Assembly: GCA_964016885.1 (NCBI GenBank)
Contig: OZ024745.1
Span: forward strand, 100,812,001 to 100,876,000
Length of the DNA: 64,000 nucleotides
Direction of reading: 5' to 3'
DNA from: Eledone cirrhosa
Lineage: Eukaryota
Below the pieces are notes generated by a model, which saw only the letters and a list, made by a program, of their open reading frames with translations, was not told the DNA's origin and made no database searches. This document shows, piece after piece, positions 13,206 to 26,259 of the stretch (position 1 is its first letter; every line of letters begins with the position of its first letter). The translations under genes and the position numbers were made by a program.

Positions 13206-13549
13206 ACTGATATATATATATATATATATATATAAATGAAGTAATTCCGTCGGAAAGGTCCAGGAAAAAAGAGTGCTCTATGTCTGTTTTCGTTTTTCTT
13301 TTATATTCTATTATTATATATTGGGTAATTGCTGGCCTTGAGCCAAAAGTAGAAACAATTATATATATATGTATTCCAACTTGTGTGCTCCTTCTCCACA
13401 TTTTATAATTATATATATATAGTAATAAGAATATTTATATTTATATATGTTTAATATAATTATACATATGGAGGGCAGTGCTAAGTACTAGCCGGTTACC
13501 GGGATGACAAAAGACTCAATGCAAATTTTCAAGTGTATTACAGAGCTTA

Positions 13550-13560
13550 TATATATATAT

Positions 13561-13627
<67 letters not shown>

Positions 13628-13663
13628 TACATATATATGTGTGTGTGTATAAACGAATGTATT

Positions 13664-13712
<49 letters not shown>

Positions 13713-13853
13713 TCGTTTATACACATATATACATACATATATATATGTGTGTGTGTGTATAAACGAATGTATTTATGTGTATATATATATATATACACAC
13801 ATTCGTTTATACACATATATATATATATGTGTGTGTGTATAAACGAATGTATT

Positions 13854-13895
<42 letters not shown>

Positions 13896-13925
13896 AATAC
13901 ATTCGTTTATACACATACACACACT
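13550..13925. repeat. Compound microsatellite with alternating inverted unique units
   Basis: GTGTATAAACGAATGTATTTATGTGT and ACATTCGTTTATACAC alternate three times each, separated by (TA)n/(CA)n. Confidence 0.85.
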
Positions 13926-14840
13926 TATGTCACATGTACGTAAGTACATAAGATATTTTATTCCAGCTCTGTATCTCTCTATTTGAACTATATCCAATAC
14001 TAATGGCAGTTCAGCTTCTTGAAGCACTTAAAGCAAATGTTTAAATTGAAATGCAATTCCAATTGTTCACATCCATGTAATAAATATGATTGTTTAATCT
14101 ATCTGAAGTTTCATTCTCGGTGACAGAAAATTTTATCTTCTAAGTCTTAAATGTTTATCATAATGACAACCTCCATTACCATCGTTTACCTTCTCCACAC
14201 TGTCCGCCGGGGCCGTGGGGCGACCGTCACGTGGAGCCCATTTGCTCATAATAGAGAGAAATTGGGAGGGCGAGAGAGATGGAGGCGATGACAGTGTGAG
14301 TTCGACTCTTCCATAGGGGGTGTAGTTTTCTTGGTCTGATCTGACGAGCTAGTCTTTTCCTTTTTTTCACACCATATGTCTATGTCAATAGATTTGATGG
14401 GTTACATTTTAATTAATGCTACAATATAATTGTATTTTAGCTAATCTTACAGAATTAATGTTTGGGTGAATCTATGTATTAAATATTTCGACTATGTTAG
14501 TAAATAAGTGCTTCGAAACTTTTAAGAGTATTATAATAATTTATCCTGAAACGTAGAGGTAGTGGGCCAAATGATGTTCATTATAGTACCGTGGAGCACG
14601 TAGTTGAAGGTATTCGGCCCATGATCATAAGATCCCGATTTTGATTTCAGGCGCATCCAGTCCAGTTAGCTAGCAAACAAGTTCTACTTCTAATTTAATG
14701 AGCTAGCTTGCTAATACTTAAGGACTACTTAAGGATACATGTTCTATGGTATGTTAATCCAAATGCACGTCATTTCCGCGACCAGGCAGTTCCGTTGTTC
14801 AACCAACATCACAACATAAAAAAGTAGAAACAAATATAGC

Positions 14841-14938
14841 ATCGCTTTTCGGCCTTTTGGCTATGATCAAAGTGTAGTCTCTGTTCTCATCAGCTTAATA
14901 TCTGATTCGGTCCCTATATGGAACAATCGATATTAATT
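14841..14938 (+). pseudogene. U2: 3'-truncated U2 snRNA pseudogene
   Basis: ATCGCTTTTCGGCCTTTTGGCTATGATCAAAGTGTAGTCTCTGTTCTCATCAGCTTAATATCTGAT matches the U2 5' end with substitutions, including in the branch-point recognition sequence. It stops just before the Sm site. Confidence 0.92.
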
Positions 14939-14940
14939 TA

Positions 14941-15275
14941 AGGGCAGTGGATTGACAGTATCGGTAGAGCATCGGGTACGATGCTTTGCTGAATAGAGTT
15001 ACGGCCCTTTATGTCATGAGTTCAAATCCTGCCTAGGTAAGCTTTGCCTTTCATCCTTACGAGGTTGATAAAATAAAGCAACAGTAACGTACTGGGGGTC
15101 GATTCAATAGAGTTTCAGCCCTTTGCGTTCTGAGTTCAAATCCTGCCTAGGTTAACTTTGGCTTTCATCCTTCTGGGGTTGATAAAATAAAGTACCAGTA
15201 ACGTACTGGGTTCGATTTAATCGACATTCCCTTTCCCTCAAAATTACTGGCCTTATGCCTAAGTCAGAAACCATT
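14941..15275 (+). mobile_element. Tandem SINE family 1 copies (full plus 5'-truncated)
   Basis: Core repeated at 15040-15095 and 15150-15210. Confidence 0.85.
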
Positions 15276-16769
15276 ACAGTATGGTGATGTACAATGTACA
15301 TCACCATACTGTAATGGTTTCTGACTTGCTTCATTCTTCTGGTTTACCAGTTTTACAAGTTTATATCCTACCAAAGATTATATTATTGTTCACCACTCTG
15401 GAATTGATAATGAATCCACCAGCAATATACTGAATCCATTTAATCTACAACAAAATATTAACTTGTGCGGAAGTAAGAAATCAATATATTATAATATTGG
15501 ATAGTGTTTAGAGATATATTTGCTTTATGTAATATAATCTGAGAGGAGCCTCTCTGAGTGTTAATGACATTTCTAATTACAACAAAGTAAACAATTCAGA
15601 TAAACTTTGTAAGACTTCATTAAATACACACCTAGAGTTTATTGCAATTAATTTACACGATAGAATCAATTTGTTTCACAATAACTGTTTATATGTATGT
15701 ATTTATTATGATATTTATATCAGTCATATCTCAACTATTAATAGTCAGTAATTATCTATAGCAAGGTAAAAGGTAAAATTTGATATGCATTTACTGAAGC
15801 CATACAAAATTTATCCGGACACGCTCGTATATGATTAAACTCAACTACATAAATGCGATCATTATGCTGCCCTGGGCGAGCAGACTTATGAATAAAAGTA
15901 TTCCCACCACCATAACCATATTTTTATTCAGTCGTAATGTACCTTAGATTAGAATATCCAGTACCTGACTGTTTAAAGGAGAAGTTAGAAGGTCGAATGA
16001 CCATGTAGAGTACAAAGAATTGAAAAAAGATACATTTTTTCACACAATAAGGTTTTATACCCCCCCCCCATGACAATTTGCCTATTGTATTGTCAAGTAT
16101 GCAACTACATAATCAGGCTTCGTTTTCCGCCTCACCAAATGTCAAAGAAGATTTACATTGACATACTGTTTACACATCTGAGGTGGCACTACTCCTGCAA
16201 ACACAAATATCGTAGGTAGTCCACATCCAAACATGATTTAACCGACTGGCAACTATTTATGAACATATTATAGGCACTGGGTTACAGAGATGCTATTTTA
16301 TCACCCCTGTCTATTCTACCTCCAGCTCTAGCACCATCGTACCTAAACGAGTGTTCTGCATAGCCCCTCTCTATACATACCCACTTGAGTCAGACACTTG
16401 TTCTAATTCTACTCCTCACTCATATGGAGCCCCACCTCATATATTTACGCTAAACTTTTGGGTCTAATACTTTCTCCCCAGAATAGTAACTTTCTGAAAC
16501 TATATTTCCGCCAAGTTTTTCTCTGCAAGCATTAACAGGGAGAAGTTAAAACATATATTACATTAATTTCACCAGTGTGGAGACCTCCAAAAGATATAAT
16601 TACTGCCTTTCCTACATTAAGAAACTATTTAAAATACAAGAATAAAAAGAACAATTTCAAATGTACTCAACATCCATTTAATAATGAGTTCTAACATAAG
16701 CAAATGGCCACTATTTTTTTTTTAGGAAAACAACAGTCGAATATATCTCCTAGTCTCATCAAAGTCTAA

Positions 16770-17036
16770 AGACTGTCTCGCGCTAGAAGGTTTGTTAAGG
16801 CCGGTGATTTTCCCGGTTTCGTGGCGTGAAGCGACTGAGAGTACAATACTCTCCCTGACCTGGATGCCAGTCCATCGCAGGGTTAAATCCACAGCTATTG
16901 CTGCTACTCATTTTCAGCAGAGTATACTGGAGCAATGTGAAATGAAGAACACAACACGCAACCCAGCCCAGGAATTGAACCGACGACATTATTATTGTAT
17001 GTCCAACGCCCTTACCACTAGGTCACGCGCTTCCTA
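16770..17036 (-). mobile_element. tRNA-derived SINE (third family)
   Basis: Reverse complement begins GGAAGCGCGTGACCTAGTGGTAAGGGCGTTGGAC...GTTCAATTCC. Confidence 0.65.
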
Positions 17037-17341
17037 CTATCTTATCTAAGAACACATTCAACAATATATACTTTTATACAAAAAACGACAATGGTTCTAG
17101 CTAGAAAGCATTTAAATACAGTTCTGCCTGATCAGAGTTTTTGAGGGATTAAACAACTACAAGAATAACAAAAGTAAGATGATTGTGTTCAGATATAATC
17201 ACATTTTTCTGATACATCGTCGTCATCCTATTATCTAATTTAATTCACAATTGAATTTCTGCATTCAAAGATTTTTGGAAAATGTTTTGCTTCCGTTTGC
17301 AGGTTGACAAGATATATAATGTCCAATAAGACATCCTAGAT

Positions 17342-17644
17342 CAGGGGTGTGCAACAGGCGGCCCGTGGGCCACAATCTGGCCCGCCAGACCAGTCAGTGA
17401 CCCGCGTTGACCGTTTTTAATTTTTACCTTGTAGGCTTATTTAGAATTTGTGACCGTAATACAATTTTCTGTTAGTTGACCTATACTAAAGGGCTTCACT
17501 GATAGTGTTATAATTTCTCAGTTCCATGTTATAGAAAGAAGTTGTGGTGAATCTTTGGAATAGTGCTTAATAAATATTAATGGCCCTAAAAGTTGTTCCA
17601 ATGTTGAAAAGTGGTCCGCCAATGGAATATGTTACACACCCCTG
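17342..17644. mobile_element. hAT (Charlie-like) MITE
   Basis: TIRs CAGGGGTGTGCAACA / TGTTACACACCCCTG. 8 bp TSD tcctagat/ttctagat. Subterminal GGCCCGC motifs. Confidence 0.85.
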
Positions 17645-17980
17645 TTCTAGATAATACTCATAGATTGTCCAGTCGGGAGTGTGTTGGGCTTCCGAGGACA
17701 AAGTCAGAAGATTGTATGACGTCCCAGCGTTGCGCTCTTATTAGATAAGGTATAGAAATATAAAAGGCAGAAATATTAAAGTACTGAATGCAAAACATTT
17801 CACGAGGTTGGTTGAAAATAAACAGCGTTATATTACATCAATACACGTGAAATATTCTACATAAAAAAAGTAAAACTATAATGACGTTGCAAAGAACTGA
17901 CTTGTTGGTTATAGAACCCATCATAATCATTAACTAATCGGCAACCTAGGAAGACATTATATAAATATATATATATATAT

Positions 17981-18345
17981 ACGGCTTCCCAAATGTTTAT
18001 CTATAAACATACCGTATTTCTTTAGAAATACAAAATTATCTGTATACAGTTATGCATGAAGCTAAATCCTAATTCTATTCTATTATAAGGTGATCCAACT
18101 TATACAGCTTCATATGCAAGTGATATTAATCACCTCATTTACACAGACGAGAAAACTATATATTCTCGCCTGTTTTCAAGTCCACCAGTCGCAAAAGTTA
18201 GAGGGATCGTCCTGATGAGAACCAGTTCAGTTCGAAATGTATCGATGATTGTCCCCCTTGCTTCTTCTGGACAACAGCAGAGGGTGATAGCCCCGGTGCT
18301 TTGCATAGGTATGGCTTTCCAAATGTTTATCTATAAACATACATA
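17981..18345 (+). mobile_element. Retrozyme/pLTR-like unit of ~330 bp with terminal redundancy
   Basis: GGCTT(C/T)CCAAATGTTTATCTATAAACATAC occurs at 17983 and 18313. Internal hammerhead. (TA)n on both flanks. Confidence 0.7.
18205..18250 (+). ncRNA. Minimal type-I hammerhead ribozyme motif (family C)
   Basis: gatcgtc-CTGATGA-gaac cagttca gttc-GAAA-tgt-ATC-gatgatt. Stem I is 7 bp with G-U pairs; stem III is minimal. Confidence 0.78.
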
Positions 18346-19323
18346 TATATATTAGCAAACACGGGCTAACAGATACGGTCACACATGGACATAATTACGG
18401 GAGAGTCAGGGCAATTGCCCTTCCCTTGACGGGATTTGGAAGGGCCGAATAAATATATACATGTGAACATGTCGTAAATTTCTGGGAATGATTTAAACAA
18501 ACATCTGAACACGAGTCGTTTTTCGTTTTCAATCTACGTTGTAATACGTATATAAGACGTTTACATGAAAAAAACGTGTGTATAGATAGGCGCTGAGCTT
18601 GCTAGACGAGGATGTGAGACTCGCGAGATGGAATGGCTCTTTAAGCTCATCTCCGTTACCATCCTCCGGGGAAACGCCTCCTCCATTCTGTCAGCCAGGG
18701 CTGTGGGGCGGACAGCGCGTGGAACCCCATTTGCTCATAATACTGAGAGATGGGGAAGGCGAGAGAGATGGAGGCGATGACAGTGGGAGTTCGGTTATTC
18801 CGTGTCTGGAGACATTTGTCAAACTGCAGGTGTTATAGAGAAATCGGTTATAAAACTGTACTATGTGTACAGATAAAAACCTATAATATACTTCAGTTGA
18901 GTTGTGCACAATTTAATATGTAACATATGCATGAAAACTTAGAAGGTGATGCCTCAGCAGACTGTACTCTAATGACTGAAACCTGTATATATAACGAATT
19001 GGCTTAGTTGTTAGAACGTCAACCGAAATACTTTGTGGTATCTGCTCACCTCTTTGCGATCTGAATTCAAAATCTTTACCTTATTGTAGACACACTAATA
19101 GTAAAGTTATTGCGAAGGGCTGGTATTGTTTACAATGTAATAACGAAAAAAAAAAAAAAGAAAGAAAAGAGAGAGCTTATAAAATTTCAATGAACTAATT
19201 TTTTTTCGAGATTTGTGTTGAGAAATCTTTCTTATGTCATTTGTATGTGTTTATTTTGTAATATATAAATATGAACATATTTACTATGGTTAGATTATAT
19301 CAGTGCGCCCACACAAAATACGA

Positions 19324-19376
<53 letters not shown>

Positions 19377-20029
19377 TATATATATATATATATATATACA
19401 TATATATTTGTAATGTATGTATGGTATGGTAAATATCATCTTGGTTAAGAAAGTGGGACTGGCTTTGTGCAGTGCCTTTGCTCACTATAAAAGCTTCACG
19501 TCACAGGCATTGCTTTATATCTGGAGTTCTCTCTGCACTTGTCGTCACATGGTACCATGGGCCCAGCACTATGTGTCAATAATTGTCACAAGTGTAGTGT
19601 TTGTACCAGAGTTTTCAAGTCGCTGGCTGGACTAAAAAGTCACACTCGTTCAGCGCATCGGTAGGGGTTCTCCTACATGGATATAAAGTAGTGGCAATAC
19701 TCGAAAACGAGTTGGCAGCCACCATGTATGTATGTATGTATGTATGTATGTATGTATGTATGTATGTATGTATGTATGTCTAACGATGTACCTATTGTGT
19801 TGGAGAAATAAACATGTTAGTAAGTACGGCAATGGGAACACAATATGACAATATGACGTAAATATGTTGTAGTTTCTGTGCGTGTACGTTTGTGTGTATA
19901 TGTATGTGTATATATATATATATTTCTGTGTGTGTGTATGGGTGATATAGTCTGGCATTTTGTGTAGTTAGTGGGATGTTTTTAATATCAATGTGGCTGT
20001 GTAGAATGGCAGATGGAAAAAAATGAATA

Positions 20030-20356
20030 AAGACAGAAACGGAAGAGAGAGTGGGAGTGAGGAAGGGGAGAGAGAGAGGGAGAGAGAGAGGGGGAGAGAG
20101 AGAGGGGGAGAGAGAGAGGGGGAGAGAGAGGGGGGAGAGAGAGGGGGGGGGTGAGAGGTAGAGTGAGAGAAGAGGGAAATAGTAAGTAGGGAGTGAGAGG
20201 AGGGAGTGAGTGAGAGGGAGGATGGCGAGAATGGATAGGGAGAGAGAGTGAGATGAGTGAGAGAGTGAGAGGGAGGAAAGAGTGAGAGGAGAGACAGAGT
20301 GAGAGGGAGGAGAGTGAAATGGAGGAGAGAGTGAGAGGGAGGAGAGGAAGATGGGG

Positions 20357-20424
<68 letters not shown>

Positions 20425-20425
20425 A
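20030..20425. repeat. Polypurine (GA-rich) tract followed by (GT)n
   Basis: Directly visible low-complexity sequence. Confidence 0.95.
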
Positions 20426-21164
20426 AACATACTCATACACGTGTGTGTAATGCTTTCTTTCAACATATGTAGTTGATATATGTATAACCTATTAAATTAC
20501 AGATATATGTATTTATGTCAGTATTCATATGCAAAGAAAACAAGTATAAAAGAAAGCAGATTCCTATTTTCAGTTCCACTATGTCAATTTTTTAAAGTTT
20601 AGAGGACATTTCTTGACCTAAGCAACAAAAACCATTTAAAACAATTAAGATCAGCTCATCTATACAATAACGTCTGTTGGGTTCTGTTTTTATCTCTAAC
20701 ACGTTGTTTTTATGAAATATTTAATACTTCAATTAATGATAATTTATTGGTTGTAGTAGCAAAAGCAACAGCAACAGCTATAGCAGTAGCATCAAATGGT
20801 ATTTGCAATATTAATGGTTTCTAATGTAGGAACAAGGCCAGCAGTTTGGGGATACGGGGAAAGTAGATTAAATCGACTCCATCACTTGACTGGTACATTA
20901 TTTTATCGACACTGGATGAATGAAAGACAAATTTGAATACAGCATTTAAATTCAGTACGTAAAAAGCTGGAACAAATACCGTAAAACATTGTGTTCGTCT
21001 CTCTAAACATTCTCTAACCATAGAATTTTTTTTGATATAGGCCATAATTCTTAAGGAGGTGACGGATAATTTCATTATTAGGTTAGTCATTAACCCAATG
21101 AAGTAAATAAATTGATTTCGTTTCAACCAGGTATTAAAACCGTTTCACAAATTTAACATGTCTC

Positions 21165-21890
21165 CGACATGCACTTGATAGATTTGCTGCTTCGTTGCAC
21201 TGCAGGAATGAAATTCCGTGCTACTAAGACTGAGACAAACATTCTCTCAAGGATGCCTGCTCAGTGTACTCTACATGTAAGTGGAGGTCCACTGAAATAT
21301 CTCAAGGTTGTGTTCACGTGTGATGGAAGTCCGGGTGCTGAATTAAGTGAAAGAATTGCAGGATCCGGTGCAGCAATGCACCAGCTTCAGCATTCGGCCA
21401 CCACAAGAATGGAAGTAGGTATAAAAGTCAGATTCGCTATCTTCAATTCGGTATTCGTGCCAACCCTAACCTAAGGTCTTCAATCTTGGGTAATAACTGA
21501 AAGAATACGATCGCGAATACATGAGGCTGAAATGGGGTTCGTCCGAAGGGTCGTAACGTTACTCGATAGAGTGTGTAGCACAGAGATCAGTGAGTCGCTT
21601 CAGGTAGAGCCGCTACTTCTCCGAATTGAGAGACTACAGTGCCGATATCACGGACACGCGGTTAGAATGCCTCAGAAAAGAAACACAGGACAGATTTTAG
21701 GGACAAAACCAGGGGACAGGAAGCCGAGGGGGTAGACTCCGAGTAAGAAGTTTGGGTAACATCCATGAACTCGGCTTGTCTCGCTTGAGGATCCCGCTGG
21801 ATCAATTGGAGACTGTAGCTTCTGACAGGACCCGCGGGAATGCGTGGAGGGCTCTGCCCACATGGTCCTCCTCTTCCTCCTCCTCCTCCG
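21165..21890 (+). mobile_element. RTE-clade LINE 3' fragment
   Basis: LKYLKVVFT, IFNSVFVPTLT, LLLRIERLQCRYHGHAVRMP, GDRKPRG. Ends in a (CCT)n tail. Confidence 0.85.
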
Positions 21891-21929
21891 AAGACGAAAG
21901 TTGAAAAGACATATACATACATATGCACA

Positions 21930-22120
21930 AATATAACTCAAAACATACACATCCATAGTAGATACAATAACATCCCTACCTGAACACACACGCATGCGTG
22001 TAAAGATACATACATATCTACCTAGTTGATGTTTAAATTCCGATAAAAGAGTCTTGTGTCTATGTTAGAAACCAACTCTCACTCTATTGGTAAAAATTTA
22101 TAAAATTATAAAACCAGAAG
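21930..22120 (+). mobile_element. R4/Dong-like element 3' UTR remnant
   Basis: Closely matches the 3' UTR at 24580-24773 (...GAGTCTTGTGTCTATGTTAGAAACC...AATTATAAAACCAGAAG) and is followed by (ACAT)n. Confidence 0.75.
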
Positions 22121-22175
22121 ACATACATACATACATACATACATACATACATACATACATACATACATACATACA

Positions 22176-22202
<27 letters not shown>

Positions 22203-22208
<6 letters not shown>

Positions 22209-24152
22209 TCTACTAACTAACAAAATGATTCAGGAAAAAAACAACAAAGAATCGCAGAAACATGACTGTGGTGTGGCTGGACTATCAAAAAGCATTTGAT
22301 AGTGTACCTCATGGGTGGATTATTAAGTCTTTACAGTTAGCTAAAGTCCCACAACCACTGGTAGCTGCTGTTGAACGCCTGACCAAGAACTGGTACACCA
22401 ATTTGATCCTTAGAGGTGAGAAGGAGCAAGTTAAGACTGATAAGATACATTACCAGAAGGGCATCTTTCAGGGTGATAGCTTGTCAGTGCTACTCTTCGT
22501 TCTCTCACTGAATCCACTATATTACCTACTCAGGAAACAAGGTGGACAAAGAAGTGGGCCCAGAAGTATCTCCCATCTTTTCTTTGTTGATGACCTGAAG
22601 TTGTATGGGCCAAATATCAATGACATCAAGAAACAATTGGACCTCATTACACAATTTTCAACCGACATCAAAATGAAATTTGGTGAGTCCAAGTGTGCAT
22701 ATTTGGCAGTAAAACATGGAAGAGCTGTGCCCTCCTCTAGAAATCTAGAGATAAACGGCCTGACAATACAACCTCTACAGTCAGGTGACAACTACAGATA
22801 TCTTGGACAGGATGAGAATGTCAGATATGATGGACCCATAAATAAGGAGAGAACCAGAACTGAATACCTCAGAAGAGTAAAGAAAATATGGTCATCAGAA
22901 CTGTCAGCGTACAACAAATACATTGCCCACAATACTTATGCTGTGCCAATTCCAACGCCAACATTTGGCCTGCTGAACTGGTCATTGCAAGAACTAAGAG
23001 AGATGGATGTTAGAACTCGAAAACTTCTCAGTGTTACTGGGGACTTTAACATCAATGGTGATGTGGATAGGCTATACTTCTCACGCAAGGAAGGTGGTCG
23101 GGGTCTAAAATCAATATTAACAACATATGAGACCCGGATAGTAACACTGAAGCAACACCTTCAACAGAGGAAAAAGGTTGGCGACCATCTTTCCCAGGTT
23201 TATGAGCATAAAAAAAAAATATCATTAGAATAGCGACTGATCTGGAGGAGAAATATGGAATAAAGCCTGATATAAATCTCTCACCCAGAGAAATCGGAAG
23301 ATCCTATTCAATGTTCAAACAAGATGAAAAAATTGACCAATTTACAGAAAAAGTTGTGCATGGATACTTGAGGCGTAAAACACAGACCATAGAGGGGATA
23401 AACCACTCAAAAAGCCTGGCATGGAGTTCCGACAAGTTTATGACACCCTACCAAATATCTGCTGCACAAAAGAGGAGGGCCAGCAGCTGACAATAAATGT
23501 AGGCTATGTAAAACAAAGATCGAGGATGTAAGCCACATTGTTGCCAGCTGCGAAAGAATGTTATCTCGCTACTACCTCCCCATGAGACACGATGGGATAG
23601 CTAGAACCATCTGGAACGCACTTCGGAAAACAAAATTAACAACAAACGAGGAAGAATATATTGAGACAGATGGCACTAAGGAATACTGGTGGAACCTGAA
23701 AATAAAAACTACCACCAAATTAAAGCACAACCGGCCTGATATTGTTGTTTGGGACCACACATTGAAAACGTGTTCTGTTGTGGAGACCAGCTGCCCACTT
23801 GATGTAAACGTTGTCAGAAAAATACAGGAGAAGGAGGACATCTACGGACCATTGATGAGGAGTTTACAAATCCAGTATCCAAGATACACCTTTAGCTTCA
23901 TACCCATCATTATTGGAGCTACGGGTTATATACCAACCCGCTTGGACCAAAGTATGACTGAACTTGGATTTGCGGACAAAAAGCGCAGCTCCCTAATTCA
24001 TAGTCTACAAATGGCTGCGATAGCTGGCACCTTCAACATTTGCAAAACATTCTTGCGATTCAAGGGATGACAATTTCTTTTGTTTTACAACCTTGCCACC
24101 AGGAAGGTGGCCGGTCAAAAAAAATATACTCGAAATTAAGAGAAAGAGATAA
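22203..24152 (+). mobile_element. 5'-truncated R4/Dong-clade RLE non-LTR retrotransposon
   Basis: RT motifs WLDYQKAFDSVPH, GIFQGDSLS, HLFFVDDLKLY, DRLYFSRKEGGRGL. CCHC finger CRLC...SHIVASC. RLE motifs RHD...NRPDIVVWD...VETSCP. (TACA)n on both sides. Confidence 0.92.
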
Positions 24153-24212
24153 CATACATACATACATACATACATACATACATACATACATACATACATA
24201 CATACATACATA

Positions 24213-24773
24213 ATATTATAATATGGGACAGGGAAACGAAAGCATGCACAGTAGTGGAAGTTAGCTGCCCAGCAGATGCCAATATAATATCAAAGATTAG
24301 CGAAAAGGAGAATATTTATGCAGAACTGATGAGAAATCTGCAGATACTCCACCCTGATTATACTTTCAGATTTATGCCTGTGATTATTGGGGCACTGGAG
24401 TGTGTTAGTAACTGCCTCAATACAAATCTTGAGAAGTTGGGCTTCACAGAAACAGAAAGAACACAACTAGTTAGGAAATTACAAGTACAATCCATTAATG
24501 AAACAGTAAAAATATGTAAAACATTCCAAAAATGTTGCATCTAATAACTGCATATACACATGTACAGATACAAAGCATATATATACATGCACACATACAA
24601 CTGAAAACATACACATCCACACATACAATAACATCTATATCTACACATGCATGCATACATACATATCTACCTAGTTGACGTTGTGTAAATTCCAATGAGA
24701 GAGTCTTGTGTCTATGTTAGAAACCGACTCTCTCTCTATTAGTAAAAATTCGTGAAATTATAAAACCAGAAGA
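24213..24773 (+). mobile_element. 3' end of a second R4/Dong-like family (RLE C-terminus plus 3' UTR)
   Basis: IWDRETKACTVVEVSCP...EKENIYAELMRNLQ...FMPVIIGALE, homologous to 23750-24070. Confidence 0.85.
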
Positions 24774-24819
24774 ACATACATATACATAGATACATACATA
24801 TATATACATATATATATAC

Positions 24820-24862
<43 letters not shown>

Positions 24863-26259
24863 CATATATATATACATACATATATATATATATACATACA
24901 TACATATATATATACATACATATATATATACATACTTACATATATATATATATATACGTATACACACATATATACATGCATACATATAAATACTTACATA
25001 CATAAGAGCATACATACACGAATATATCTATGTATATATGGGGATATGCATGTCTATGTATTTGGATAATATTTTGTTTGCTTTAAAACCTCTGGCAGCA
25101 GCGTCCTGGTTAATTCGCAATTCTAGAGTGACATAATTCACAAAAAATATTACAAGTAATTAGATATACCAAAGAGCAGATCTCACGAGGATATCATAAT
25201 AGAAACTTTTGATAAAGTGGATGTTTATTACAATGGAAAGATATTTTGTGTTGGTGGAAATATTAGTCAACAATTATTCGAGAACATCACTGAGTCTTTA
25301 AACATAAATCTTGTCATCTAATTTCTGGAAATGACCTTATAGATAATGATGTGGAACATAATTCTGATTAAGGCAGACAGTATAGAAATCCAGCTGGAAC
25401 AGAAGGAAAATTAATCGGGTGTCAACAAAGCTTTTTGACAAAGATTTATTAGTTTACAGTGTTAAATGCAAAGAGAAAAAGCACAATGTATATAAGTTTA
25501 ATAGATTACGGTACACAAAAATCACTTCTACAATTGTCTGTCTTTGGCGTTCAAACGTGACAAGAATAAAAACCAATTAAAATATTTCGTGCAGGTACAT
25601 ACTCATATGAACATCAAAGAACGTATTTTCTGAAGTATCTATTTATTCTATCTATTGTTCGTTCATGATTTCGGAGCACCAGGAAATTTACTTAGACAGC
25701 TAATTAGTAAAATTGCTTTTCATTAAAAGACACTCTGGCATTTGAATTCTTAATTACTTTTCAATCGTCTTAATAAATAATTCAATCCTTTTAAGCAAAA
25801 TTAAGGTGTAATTTCGTATCACCAAATCTGGAGATTCCAAACAAAACTATCTCCTTATTTTATTTTATTTTATTTCGTTGTTCTAAACTATGTAGTGATA
25901 TCTGTAGTGCATTGATGTTGGGGAGTTCGGGGAATTATAAATACTTATAGTGGAATATACCTAGTATGTAACCTCCTCAATTTATGCCAACCATATTCCT
26001 CTAGAGATATCCCTCCTCAACCACAAGACTGATTACTGAAGATCTCGACGCCGGTTGAATCAGATTAGACAACAACAACAACATCCTCCAATGTGGATGT
26101 TGTTACCTAATCTTGTTCCACAGTTCAAAAACATAACCACTAAACATATCAAGGAAACAGTATTGCTACACTGCATATTATTAACCCTGGTCAATAAACA
26201 TTCAAATCAATAGAACAAAGTTACTACACAAGTTAGCTTCTTTATTCCTTAATGTTTAT

